Source: Alphaproteobacteria bacterium
Lineage (GTDB): Bacteria; Pseudomonadota; Alphaproteobacteria; MPNO01
DNA: 64,000 nucleotides
Direction of reading: 5' to 3'
NCBI GenBank assembly: GCA_964291675.2
Contig: OZ219865.1
Span: forward strand, 832,001-896,000
The notes beneath the pieces were generated by a model. That model made no database searches, had not been told where the DNA came from, and worked only from the letters and a program-made list of their open reading frames with translations. The position numbers and the translations under genes are program-made. Shown piece after piece: positions 10,601 through 18,451 of this stretch; the first letter of the stretch is position 1, and every line of letters begins with the position of its first letter.

Positions 10601-13600
10601 GGCGCGGTGCGATACAAGTCTGCCGCGCTCGTGCCGTGGGTGCCGAAGAGCAGCGAAAGCGGATCCGTGCGGCCCTGCAGCACCTCCGCGAGGGCGCCGC
10701 CGCATTGTTCGAGGAGTCCGAGCTCGTTCGAGCCATGCGGGTGACGGGCACGCAACTGTTCCGCCAGGCGCTGCGGATCGCCGAGGCTCGCGTCCGGCAG
10801 CGCGTCCCCGGATCCGACGACCACGGCGAACCCGCCATCCGCTGCGCGCTCCAGTATCCCCGCGCCGGCCAGAATTCCGAGCAGCCGGCCGAACAGCCGC
10901 CGGTGCGGCGCCACGACACCCAACGCGCCGCGGAGGGCCTCCGCGTCGACGGCCGCGCCCGCGCTGCGCCGCCAGCCCAGCCGGTCGAGCGCCGCGAGCA
11001 CATAGGCGCCGCCAAGCCGGTCCAGGTCCCCGAGCAGGGCGGCCCGCTCTTCGGGCCGGACACCCTCGGCCGCGAGATAGTCGGGGAACGATCCGGTCCG
11101 GGCGCCGATCGATTCCGGGCCTTCGAGGAATTGTGCCGACCGAAGCCCTCCGGACAGGGGCTGTTCCCGCCAGACGACTTCGTACAGGAGATCCTTGAGC
11201 GCGTTCGACGCCGAGAGCATGGCGGTGCGCGTCGCCCGCTTCATCGTGAACCCGTCCACGCCGCCGATCGGCGCGCCGGCCGGATCGAACAGGCTCAGAT
11301 CGGCCTTGACGATTTCCGGAGAATCGTCCGCCTGCGCCTCGGAATGGCCCGTTCGGGCGGCCTCGCGCATGCGGACGTGGCAATAGATCCGTTCGGGCGG
11401 TGGCCCCGCCAGCCACAGCCGATCCCATCCGAACGGCATGTAGGTGGACTTCCCGGCGACGCGGGCCTGGTCGCGCGCCGCGAGCACGGTCTGAAAGCAG
11501 CCGTCGAGCAGGATCGGATGCAGGTCGAGGCCGCCGCCGTCCAGGCAGTCCGGGAGCGCCACCTCGCCGACCGCCTCGCCGGGGCCGGACCACACGGTCT
11601 GGAGGGGGCGAAACGCGGGCCCGAGCACCACCCTGGTGCTGACCTTGTTGCGGTAGAGCGCTGCGACGTCTCCCGGCGTCAACGCCGCCTTGAGGCCTTC
11701 GAGGTCGATCCGTTCCCCGCCTTCCGGCCGGCCGCTGCCCGGCGACATCCGGCCTTCGAGATGCAGGGTCCAGCCGTCCTCGCCGCCGCGGCTGAACACC
11801 TCGAAGCGGCGCGGCGACGCGGCGTCGGCGCCATCGAACACGATCTGGAGCTTCCGGCCGCTCTCTGCCGTCTCGTCCTGCGCATCCTCCTGCGGAAGAA
11901 TCATCGGGCTGTGCAGCTGGCAATCCTCCAGGACCACCGAACGGGCGCGCTCGCCCCACAGCACCGTGGCCGCCATGGTGGCGAACATCGCGCCCGGCAC
12001 CACGACCTGGCCGAACACCAGGTGATCCTTCACCCATGCCGGGTCCGAGGCGAATATCTCCGTCTCGAACGCGGCCTCCCCTCGCGGCGATTCGTGCCGC
12101 ACGCCCAGCAGGGGATGGCCCGTGTTCTGGCGACGCCGCCTGGGCGGCTCGATCCAATGGCGCTGGCGCTGGAACGGATAGCCCGGCAACTGGATGCGGC
12201 GGCGTTCCTCGCCGGCGAACAGGCCTTCGAAGGCGATCGGAAAGCCCGCCCCGTAGGCGCCGGCGACCGCTGCCACGAAGGCGTCGCCCCCGGCCGGCTC
12301 CGGCGAGGTCTCGGACGGCCGGCGAAGACTGGCCAGCGCTGTCGGCCCCCCGGCCTCGCCGCGCGCCGATTCCGGCCAGCTCAGCGTAGCCATCGGACCG
12401 AGCACCGCGTGCGGACCGATCTCGACGAGCGCATCGACGCCGATCTCCGCCAGCGTCTCCACGCAGGCCCGGAACGCGACCGGTTCGCGGGCCTGGCGCC
12501 GCCAGTATGCGGCGTCGAGCGTCTGCCCCGGTTCGATCGCACGGCCGGTCAGGTTGCTCACGAAAGGCAGCGACGGCGGCGAGAAGGACATCGTCGACAG
12601 CACCGCTTCCAGATCGTCCAGCGCGGGCTCGACCATGGCGCTGTGGTATGCGGGGCTCTTGCGCAGCCGCGCGACCCGGATGTCCTGCGCTTCGAAGCGC
12701 TCGAGGACTGCCGCGATCTCCGCCGCCGGCCCGCTGATCACCTGATGCGCGCCGTTATCCGCGGCGATGCACACGCCGATCCCCTTCCCGGACGCGTTGT
12801 GCCGCTCCAGGGCGTCCGCCACGCCGGCGGCCGGGGCGAACACGGCTGCCATCGCTCCCTCGCCCGGCAAGGCGCCGATCAGTGCGCCCCGCGCCGCGGC
12901 GAATCGCAGACCGTCCTCCAGGCTGAACACACCGGCGGCGTGCGCGGCGGCAATCTCTCCGAGGCTGTGCCCGAACACCGCGTCCGGCCGCACGCCGATG
13001 CCGGACCACAGCGCCGTCAGCGCGCATTCGAGCGCGTAGATCGCGGGCTGTTTCCACTGCGGATCGTCCAGGTCTCCCGTGGCGCCGGGCCTGCCGAACA
13101 TCGCGTCGAGCAGCGAGCCGTTCCGCTCTTTCCCGAGCAGGGCGTCGCAACGGTCGAGAACGGCGCGCACCGCGGGCTCGGTCTCGTAGAGATCGGCGCC
13201 CATGCCGACCCACTGGCTCGCCTGGCCGGTATAGGCGAACGCGACCTTCGCAGGCGCCGTCGCGGCAGGCCTCTCGCCGCCCTCGGCGCAGCTCCGCAAG
13301 CCGGCGCGCAGGTCCTCGGCGTCGCGAAACGTCACGGCGCAGCGATGGCTGAAATGGCTGCGCCCGACACCTGCGGTCCACGCCATGTCGGCGAGCGGGG
13401 AGCCGTTCCCATCCGCTTGGTCGAGCCACGAGAGATACCGGCCCGTGAGCTCCCTGAGGGCTGCGTCGGACTTCCCGGAAAGCGGCAAGATTCGAAGCTC
13501 GCGCGGAGAGAGCCCGGCGATCGACGGAATGTTCTCGAACGGACCGGGCAGGGAAACGGACACCGGGGTCGGCGCGCCGGCCGGCCACGGCCTCGCGCCG

Positions 13601-15006
13601 TTCGCGGCCGCGTCTGCGCCGTCTCCGTACCCTTCCACGATGACGTGGGAGTTGGTTCCGGAGAAGCCGAACGAGCTGACGCCGGCCAGCGGCCCGCGGC
13701 CGGACGCGGCCGGCCAGTCGGTCTCCGCCGCGGTGACCTGTACCGGAAAGCTGTCCCAGTCGATCTGCGGGTTGGGTGTGCGGAAGTTGAGATGCCTCGG
13801 GATCGTGCCCCGGCGCATCGAGAGCAGGACCTTGATGAGACCCGCGGCCCCCGCCGCGGCCGCCAGATGACCGATATTGGTCTTCACCGAGCCGACAAGC
13901 AGCGGACTGTCCGCCGCCCGTCCCCTGCCGTAGACCGATCCCGCCGCGGCCAGCTCCGTCGGGTCGCCCAGCTTGGTCCCGGTCCCGTGCGCTTCCAGGT
14001 AGTCCACCTGCGCGGGCGGAATGCCGGCCCGCGCCAACGCCGCCTCGATCACATGCGCCTGGGTCAGGGCCCGCGGGGCGGGCAGTCCCGGGCGTTCCCC
14101 GTCCTGGTTTATGGCCGAGCCGCGGATCACCCCCCAGATCCGGTCGCCGGCCGCCTCCGCCTCGCTCAGGCGCTTGAGAACCAGCATGCCGCAGCCTTCG
14201 CTGCGCACGAACCCGTCCGCGCGTTCGTCGAAGGTCCAGCACTGGCCGGTGGGCGACAGCATGCCGGCGTTCGCGAAGGCTTCCGTGGTCGTGGGCGACA
14301 GGATCACGCAAACCCCGCCGGTCAGCGCAATATCCGCCTCGCCGCGCTGGAGGCCCGCCACGGCCTGATGGACGGCGACCAGCGCCGAAGAGCAGGCGGT
14401 GTCCACGGCGATCGACGGGCCCTCGAGGCCCAGCGCGAAGGAAACGCGCCCGGTTGCGGTGCTGAAGCGGTTGCCCGTCACCAGATAGAGCGGCGTGTCG
14501 GGCCCGACCGAGCCGCCTTCGTCGCGGACGATTTCCTGATATTCGTAACTGCCGATACCGGCATAGACTCCGGTGCGGCTGCCGACCAGCCGGTCCGGGC
14601 CGATGCCCGCGTCCTCCAGAGCCTCCCAGCTCAATTCCAACAGCAGCCGCTGCTGCGGGTCGAGCGACTGCGCCTCCAGCGGCGAGATGCGGAAGAACGC
14701 CTCGTCGAACCGGTCGATGTCGGAAAGGAAGGCGCCGTAGCGACTGGCGTCGTGCACGGTCACGTCGTCGGGAAACATCTCGTTCACCCGTCCGTCGCCC
14801 GGACCGGGCGAGCCGTGGGTCACGGCGTTGCCGCCCGACGCCAGCAGCTTCCAGAAGGCGTCCAGATTCTCGGCGCCGGGAAACCGGCACGCCATACCCA
14901 CCACGGCGATCGGATCGTCGCCCGTCCTGGCGGATTCCGGGGCCGGGAGGTCGGCGCCTCCGGTATGCGCTTCGTCGTGAGGTTGAGATTGTGCCCGTTC
15001 CGCCAT
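4618..15006 (-). CDS. supA: Type I PKS, SupA-like: KS-AT-DH-cMT-ER-KR-ACP-KS-AT(inactive)
   Basis: KS1 DTACSS/EAHGTGT/KTNIGH; AT1 GHSLG, AYHS; DH HLVFGQVVVP; MT LEVGAGTG, ANVLH; ER LIHAGAGGVG; KR VTGGLGGIG; ACP LGMDSL; KS2 DMTCASS/EAHGTAS/KTNIGH; AT2 GFGVG. Architecture matches the sponge-symbiont sup PKS. Start could also be at 15081. Confidence 0.92.
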   Translation of the reverse strand: MAERAQSQPHDEAHTGGADLPAPESARTGDDPIAVVGMACRFPGAENLDAFWKLLASGGNAVTHGSPGPGDGRVNEMFPDDVTVHDASRYGAFLSDIDRFDEAFFRISPLEAQSLDPQQRLLLELSWEALEDAGIGPDRLVGSRTGVYAGIGSYEYQEIVRDEGGSVGPDTPLYLVTGNRFSTATGRVSFALGLEGPSIAVDTACSSALVAVHQAVAGLQRGEADIALTGGVCVILSPTTTEAFANAGMLSPTGQCWTFDERADGFVRSEGCGMLVLKRLSEAEAAGDRIWGVIRGSAINQDGERPGLPAPRALTQAHVIEAALARAGIPPAQVDYLEAHGTGTKLGDPTELAAAGSVYGRGRAADSPLLVGSVKTNIGHLAAAAGAAGLIKVLLSMRRGTIPRHLNFRTPNPQIDWDSFPVQVTAAETDWPAASGRGPLAGVSSFGFSGTNSHVIVEGYGDGADAAANGARPWPAGAPTPVSVSLPGPFENIPSIAGLSPRELRILPLSGKSDAALRELTGRYLSWLDQADGNGSPLADMAWTAGVGRSHFSHRCAVTFRDAEDLRAGLRSCAEGGERPAATAPAKVAFAYTGQASQWVGMGADLYETEPAVRAVLDRCDALLGKERNGSLLDAMFGRPGATGDLDDPQWKQPAIYALECALTALWSGIGVRPDAVFGHSLGEIAAAHAAGVFSLEDGLRFAAARGALIGALPGEGAMAAVFAPAAGVADALERHNASGKGIGVCIAADNGAHQVISGPAAEIAAVLERFEAQDIRVARLRKSPAYHSAMVEPALDDLEAVLSTMSFSPPSLPFVSNLTGRAIEPGQTLDAAYWRRQAREPVAFRACVETLAEIGVDALVEIGPHAVLGPMATLSWPESARGEAGGPTALASLRRPSETSPEPAGGDAFVAAVAGAYGAGFPIAFEGLFAGEERRRIQLPGYPFQRQRHWIEPPRRRRQNTGHPLLGVRHESPRGEAAFETEIFASDPAWVKDHLVFGQVVVPGAMFATMAATVLWGERARSVVLEDCQLHSPMILPQEDAQDETAESGRKLQIVFDGADAASPRRFEVFSRGGEDGWTLHLEGRMSPGSGRPEGGERIDLEGLKAALTPGDVAALYRNKVSTRVVLGPAFRPLQTVWSGPGEAVGEVALPDCLDGGGLDLHPILLDGCFQTVLAARDQARVAGKSTYMPFGWDRLWLAGPPPERIYCHVRMREAARTGHSEAQADDSPEIVKADLSLFDPAGAPIGGVDGFTMKRATRTAMLSASNALKDLLYEVVWREQPLSGGLRSAQFLEGPESIGARTGSFPDYLAAEGVRPEERAALLGDLDRLGGAYVLAALDRLGWRRSAGAAVDAEALRGALGVVAPHRRLFGRLLGILAGAGILERAADGGFAVVVGSGDALPDASLGDPQRLAEQLRARHPHGSNELGLLEQCGGALAEVLQGRTDPLSLLFGTHGTSAADLYRTAPAARAANRMLADAVRAAVENLPEGRRLRVLEVGAGTGSATEPILSELPEGRFDYMFTDISAGFFAEAESRFAASGAPIEYRALDIETDPAAQGFDPHGYDLVVAANVLHTTRDLGETLAHCRSLLAPRGQLLALELIRGRHLQDLTFGMLDGWWRFADSYRPDHALAAPETWRRAFSDAGFAETEVLGVDTFDDGRPLGPGIIVARGPEEVALPRGVWIVAPDRDGAGEALAAALAARNQTVVIAGEDEAADAAPVTGAGVFRAFVQAERRESWRSLVEGLPGDAPLHGIVHLAALDGHGAAATTEQVAHDVRKAVTSALSLVQGVLDAGAAPAKGLWLVTRGAQSLERERDGEIAGAALWGFGKAVAREALQLGARMIDLDPEEPVQRSELAEELLFPGSENHIAFRRGRRHVARLVRTGSATPRIALPEESGWRLAPDEGGSLDGLRVETAPSNGLEPGEVRVAVEAAGLNFRDVLRATGALDTGLLGREMCGRVVEAGPEVAGVAVGDRVVGLAFGAFGPEVVTRGELVAPAPERMPAAALATVPVAFATAALAFDLAGLKAGERVLIHAGAGGVGLAAIQLAHAAGAEAIATASASKQDYLRSLGVSRVFDSRQTAFGKEILDATAGRGVDVVLNSLTGPGFIEASLECLAPAGRFVELGARDIWSEAAMSAARPDVAYSVLRLDVLKESDPARPGAALRGVMDRLESGELTPLPHSRWPLAEAAPAMAFMRSARHIGKIVLTMPPLTRGRLREDRTYLVTGGLGGIGCAVAGQLADRGAKTIVLNGRRPPDPAAEDAMRALEARGVTVRVELADMTDGAAVDAMLARMDAELPPLAGVIHSVGVLSDGALGNQSWERFEQVLWPKVLGAWYLHRATEDRDLDLFILFSSVVGILGSAGQANHASANAYLDRLAAHRRARGLPGQAIAWGAWSGVGEAEEQRDRIEEHLAARGVRWVTPQQGLRAFDQLVSQDLAAGAVTAVDWSVYAESFGASPALLEDLMTRTPAEAEPAAAAPENDLLSRLRAVPAGEREDVLASFLREELQAVLRLSSPPSPTARFFDLGMDSLMAVELRNRLNRGLAGVYTASNTVMFDYPHTAALAQFLAGELGELGAGGAAETAARPVERPRRRRPDRRPPPTHADNRAAERDGIAIVGMACRFPGASGLTEFWNQLEAGIDAVADRRPDSAVQPVPGEDPGFDNAAFRYGGFVAGIDEFDARFFGMRPIEARTVDPQQRMLLETSWQALEDAGIDAGGLEGSRTGVYVGISGSEYREVIARSGRDIAVLETAGSVAAGRVAFALGLMGPAIPFDMTCASSLAAVHEAVSALHRGEVNLALAGGVNAILSSAITKFFVEVGMLSSTGQCRAFDAAADGYVRGEGCGIVVLKRLADAEADGDPIWAVVRGTAVNHNGASAGLTVPNGPAQEAVIEDALSRAGIAPAEVDYLEAHGTASALGDPIEVQAAAAVYGEGRDPARPLLMGTVKTNIGHLEAAAGVAGIIKVVLAMRRGVIPKHLHFEAPNPHLDWDRLPVRVTSEPTGWPLDGSRPPRAAVSAFGISGSNAHLVVEGYGATNGTDGSVDAASPQGAPGTVAISLPDPGRDHAPVTESDGLRAVRLLPLSGKSDGALRTLAGRYLSWLDERNGAAANLPSASESLLADMAWTAGIGRSHFPHRAGVVFHDAASLHASLSAIADRSNGPDGCEPAKTAFAYPGEGDDAAAAAQALYRGEPVARALFDRCEAVLREQRGASLLDWLSGESGPERTLDDPALYAFQCALTALWSSVGVRPSAVVGFGVGELAAAHAAGALGLEEGLLLAVARETAKTAGAADGIDAALAGLVPRPPTIALVSGVTGRVTGSEEMLETAFGLRHPREPAAHGQCIRTLAERGVGAVVEIGPRGSIGPMIASHWPDSAGAAVAAGNGAGGPVVLTGPGAAPEVDAGFVQAVARAYEAGLPIAFAGLFAGETRRRIPVPGYPFERRRHWVDAPKT

Positions 15007-15147
15007 CGAAGACCCCTGTCGCGAGTTCAGCAAGGTTCCAGCCCGTCTCCCATCTTCTCTCACCCAGGCCCGCTTTTCCATCCGTCAGCGGTCAGGGAAC
15101 GAATCGGGAGGCAACGCGACGGGAAGGGCGTCCCGCACGCGCGCCCA

Positions 15148-16911
15148 CTACGCCCGCCCGGTCGCCGCCGGGAGGTTGACCCGGACGGTGACGATATCCA
15201 GGTCATGGTATTGCTGATGGCGCACGGACGATGCGAGGTGCCGGAGAAGCCGCAGCGGGACCTCCTGCTCGATCTGCGTCTCGTCGCCGTGATCCCCGAG
15301 CAGAGCGAGTCTGTCCTCGATGTTCTCCCCTTGCGGAGCGACCGCGAGCTCCAGAACCACGTCGTCCTCGACCCGGGCGGCGACCAGCCGCAGGCGGCGC
15401 TGGCGACCGGATTCCGCGGCGCCGTCCTGCGGCCGGGCAAGGCTCGACAGAGCCTCCTCGCCGACCGCGTCGAGACGGTCCGCCATGCCGGCGTCCAGGC
15501 CGTGGCGCGCGGCGAATGCGCGAAGGAACTCCCTGATCCTTGCGAGCGCGGCCGGATCGAGCGCCACCTCCATCCGGCTGCGGCGCGGCCCGGTCAGGTC
15601 CGTCAACATCGTCATGACGATGGCCGCGAGCCCGCCGGAGACCACGCCGTTGGCGAACAGGCCGCCGGCGAATTGCGACACCTGCGCCGGGAATATCATG
15701 CCGCTCTGGAAGCCGACCCCGGTCCAGAAGGCGAGGCCGGCGATCAGCCCCTTGCGGTAATCGAGGCCGTTCTGAACCAGGACCTTGATTCCGACCAGGA
15801 AGAGCAGCGCCAGCAACACCGTGAGAAACGCGCCGCTGACCGCGCCGGGGATCGCCAGGACGGCGGCGAGCGCCTTGGGCAGGAATGCGAGGATGACGAA
15901 GAGCGCCCCGGCCGCGATCCCGATGCCGCGGGCCGCGACGCCGGTAAGCTCGGTGAGCGACGCGCCGACGGAATTGGCATTGTTGGGCACGGTTCCGGCG
16001 AGACCGCTGAGAAGGTTGCTCAGCCCGTCGACGTTCACCGCGCCCTGCACCGCCCGGTAATCCACGGCGCGCCGCTGGCGCCACGATACCGCTTGCACGG
16101 CAACGCAACTGCCGATCGTGCGCAGCGTCACGATCGGGGTCAACAACAGGAATACCGGAAGCAGCGACCAGAAAGCGGGGCCGAAGTCGAGATCAAAGCC
16201 CGGCCACTCGATGCCGGGAACGCCGATCCACGGGGCGTCGACGACGCGGCCCACGTCGTAGAGACCGACGATGCCCGCCACCGCCGAGCCGACAAGGACC
16301 CCGATGACCGGCGCCCAGAGGCGCGGGCTCCGCGTCGACTTGAGCGCGATGCCGGCGATGACGACAACCGTGACGGCGGCGCATAGCGGCGCGGCGTAGG
16401 CGGGCGTTCCCTCCGGCGCGCGGGTCAGCAAGCCGAAGACGGCGGGCGTTGCGCTGACCGGCACCAGCATCAGCACGGTGCCCGAAACGGTCGGCGTCAG
16501 GATGCGGCGAAACCAGACGATCCGCGCCGACAGCACGAATTGCAGCAGCGCCGAGACGACGACCAGGGTCGCGAGCAATGCACCGCCGCCGCGTTCGACC
16601 GCCGCGATGCAGGGCGCGATGAAGGCGGTCGAGCTGTTCAGCACCAGCACGTGGCCCGAGCCGATTCGGCCGTAACGGATCGCCTGCAGCGCCGTGGCCA
16701 CGCCGCACACCGCTATGGAGGCGAACACCGCCCAGGACAGGTAGGCGTCGCTCGCGCCGGCGGCCCGCATGATCACCGTCGGAATCAGTATCGAGGCCGC
16801 GACGATCAGAACCGCGAGCTGCGCGCCGAGGCCGATGGCGAGCGCGGGAGGAATCCTGTCGTCGGCCTGGTAGCGGAGCGCCGGTCCGCGCGGCGAAGGA
16901 TCTCCGGTCAT
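15148..16911 (-). CDS. supE: NCS2 (xanthine/uracil) family permease with C-terminal RsbW/HATPase-like domain (SupE-like)
   Basis: Many hydrophobic segments with NCS2-like motifs (LTPTVSGTV, DGLSNLLSGLAGTVPN). Soluble C-terminal ~140 aa. Directly upstream of supA on the same strand. Confidence 0.8.
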   Translation of the reverse strand: MTGDPSPRGPALRYQADDRIPPALAIGLGAQLAVLIVAASILIPTVIMRAAGASDAYLSWAVFASIAVCGVATALQAIRYGRIGSGHVLVLNSSTAFIAPCIAAVERGGGALLATLVVVSALLQFVLSARIVWFRRILTPTVSGTVLMLVPVSATPAVFGLLTRAPEGTPAYAAPLCAAVTVVVIAGIALKSTRSPRLWAPVIGVLVGSAVAGIVGLYDVGRVVDAPWIGVPGIEWPGFDLDFGPAFWSLLPVFLLLTPIVTLRTIGSCVAVQAVSWRQRRAVDYRAVQGAVNVDGLSNLLSGLAGTVPNNANSVGASLTELTGVAARGIGIAAGALFVILAFLPKALAAVLAIPGAVSGAFLTVLLALLFLVGIKVLVQNGLDYRKGLIAGLAFWTGVGFQSGMIFPAQVSQFAGGLFANGVVSGGLAAIVMTMLTDLTGPRRSRMEVALDPAALARIREFLRAFAARHGLDAGMADRLDAVGEEALSSLARPQDGAAESGRQRRLRLVAARVEDDVVLELAVAPQGENIEDRLALLGDHGDETQIEQEVPLRLLRHLASSVRHQQYHDLDIVTVRVNLPAATGRA

Positions 16912-17254
16912 GCCGTGCGCGCTCCCCTGCGCGGCTCAGCGTCGCGCCGGCTCGACGGGCCGGCCGGTCACGCGCTCTCGGCGCTTCACCGGGAAATCCC
17001 CGAGATACACCTCACGGTCCTTCCCTGGAACTCTGATTGGCGGGCGGTTGGCACAGTATTGTACGGTCGAATGTTCGTCGACGGGCGATTGGCGCCATCG
17101 ACGGACGGCCCTGCGAACCGGGCGGCCGATTCCCCGCACCGCAGCGGGAGAGCGTCCTCCTCGGTGGAATGGACACTCCGAAGGTCCCGGCGCCGGTCGG
17201 AACCGCGGCGGCGCCACGATGGCAGCGTCGACCGGCGCACTCTCCTCGCCGGCG

Positions 17255-17466
17255 CGCCGCGAGGTCGAGAGTGTCGATGAGAAGCCGGGAACCGTCCGTC
17301 CGAAGGACGCAAGGGGCGATCTCGTCGACTGGAAGCCGGTCCGCATCGCGGCCGCCAAGGGCGGTCTCGAGGTCTACCGGAGCGAGACGACGGAGTCGCG
17401 CGCCGGCGACCGGCTGCGGTTCACCCGCAACGACCCGGCCCGGGGCTCGCCAACGGGCAGCTCGCG
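17255..17466 (+). pseudogene. Fragment of TrwC/TraI (MOB-F) conjugative relaxase-helicase
   Basis: RREVESVDEKPGTVRPKDARGDLVDWKPVRIAAAKGGLEVYRSETTESRAGDRLRFTRNDPA, continuing after a frameshift as GLANGQLA. Matches the GD(R)xRFTRND..GLxNG helicase segment of TrwC/TraI. Confidence 0.7.
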
Positions 17467-17708
17467 AGACCCGACGGGCTGGAATCGGCACGGTCCGGCG
17501 GATTACTTGCATTTTACGTCGGCAACCCGGGAATACCGGGTCCACGGCCAGAGCGACTTGTCGGGATAGTGTCGATACTTGACTTGAGAGCATCCTGCGG
17601 CTCGGAAATGAAAGGCCAAGAGAGGTTGAAGACATGGAGCTCTCGGGCTCTGTTCGGCCCCAGCCAGATCGATTGGTCCCAGATCGATTCAATGTGAAAC
17701 ATTAGGGC

Positions 17709-18368
17709 CTACTCTCCCGCCTCCGCCGCCAGCCCGGCCGCGGTCTCGCCGATCCGACGGACCAGCGAGTCCACCCCCTCCCGGCGCAGGATCGCCGCGT
17801 ACTCGGACCGCTTGGTCGCCACCTCGCTGATCGTGCCCTTGAGGTAGACATCGACCGCGTGCCAGCCGTCTCGCAGGCGGCGCAGCACGTAGTTGAGCCG
17901 GATCGGCGCCTTGCCCGGCGCGACCACCTCGGTCTTGACCAGCACGGCGTTGGGGCGCAGCTCGGACGCGCCCAGGGTCCGAAAGCTCTGGCCGGACCAG
18001 CCGTCGAAGCGATGCGCGTAGGTGGCGGCGACGAGGCCGGAGAAGGCCTCGACGAAGCGATTCCTCTGGGTCTTGGAGAACCCCTTCCAGTGGCGCCGCC
18101 CGGCCACCATGCGGCTCATCAGGCGGAGATGGAAGGTCTTGCCGATGGCCGGCGCGATCAGGCGGTGCCGCCCGGCATAGCCGAGCGCCTCGGCGTTCTT
18201 CATCGCCTCGAGCAGGGTCGCGTGGAACCCCTCGACGAGCTTGACCGGGTCGGACCGGTCGGCCGCCGCCGGCGCGGCGAGGAAGACGGCTATGACGCCC
18301 GGGGCGAGCGCCCGGGCGGCGGACCGGATAGCCGGGGTCAATCGCGCCTCCACTCCTGGCGCCCTCAT
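17709..18368 (-). CDS. hpnM: Hopanoid-associated periplasmic protein HpnM (MlaC/Ttg2D family)
   Basis: Signal-peptide-like N-terminus, VDVYLKGTISEVATKRSEY MlaC-like motif, divergent from hpnH. Confidence 0.8.
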   Translation of the reverse strand: MRAPGVEARLTPAIRSAARALAPGVIAVFLAAPAAADRSDPVKLVEGFHATLLEAMKNAEALGYAGRHRLIAPAIGKTFHLRLMSRMVAGRRHWKGFSKTQRNRFVEAFSGLVAATYAHRFDGWSGQSFRTLGASELRPNAVLVKTEVVAPGKAPIRLNYVLRRLRDGWHAVDVYLKGTISEVATKRSEYAAILRREGVDSLVRRIGETAAGLAAEAGE

Positions 18369-18451
18369 CCTAGCGCCTCGCGCGGGCCCGCGACATTGGA
18401 CATCGACGCCGCATCGCCGGATAATCCGGCCCCGGTGGACAAGGGTCTCGC

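Larger units (their letters stand above)
2659..17708. mobile_element. Probable decayed integrative element carrying a sup-type PKS cluster
   Basis: Sits between hpnC and hpnM. Integrase fragment at left end, relaxase fragment at right end, visibly more AT-rich junctions. No att direct repeat found. Confidence 0.6.

Noticed and set aside
10636-16386. 1916-aa plus-strand ORF (also 4603-7443, 7687-10398, 43840-46272 and similar)
   Set aside because: Antisense shadows of real genes in high-GC DNA. R/A/G-rich with no motifs.
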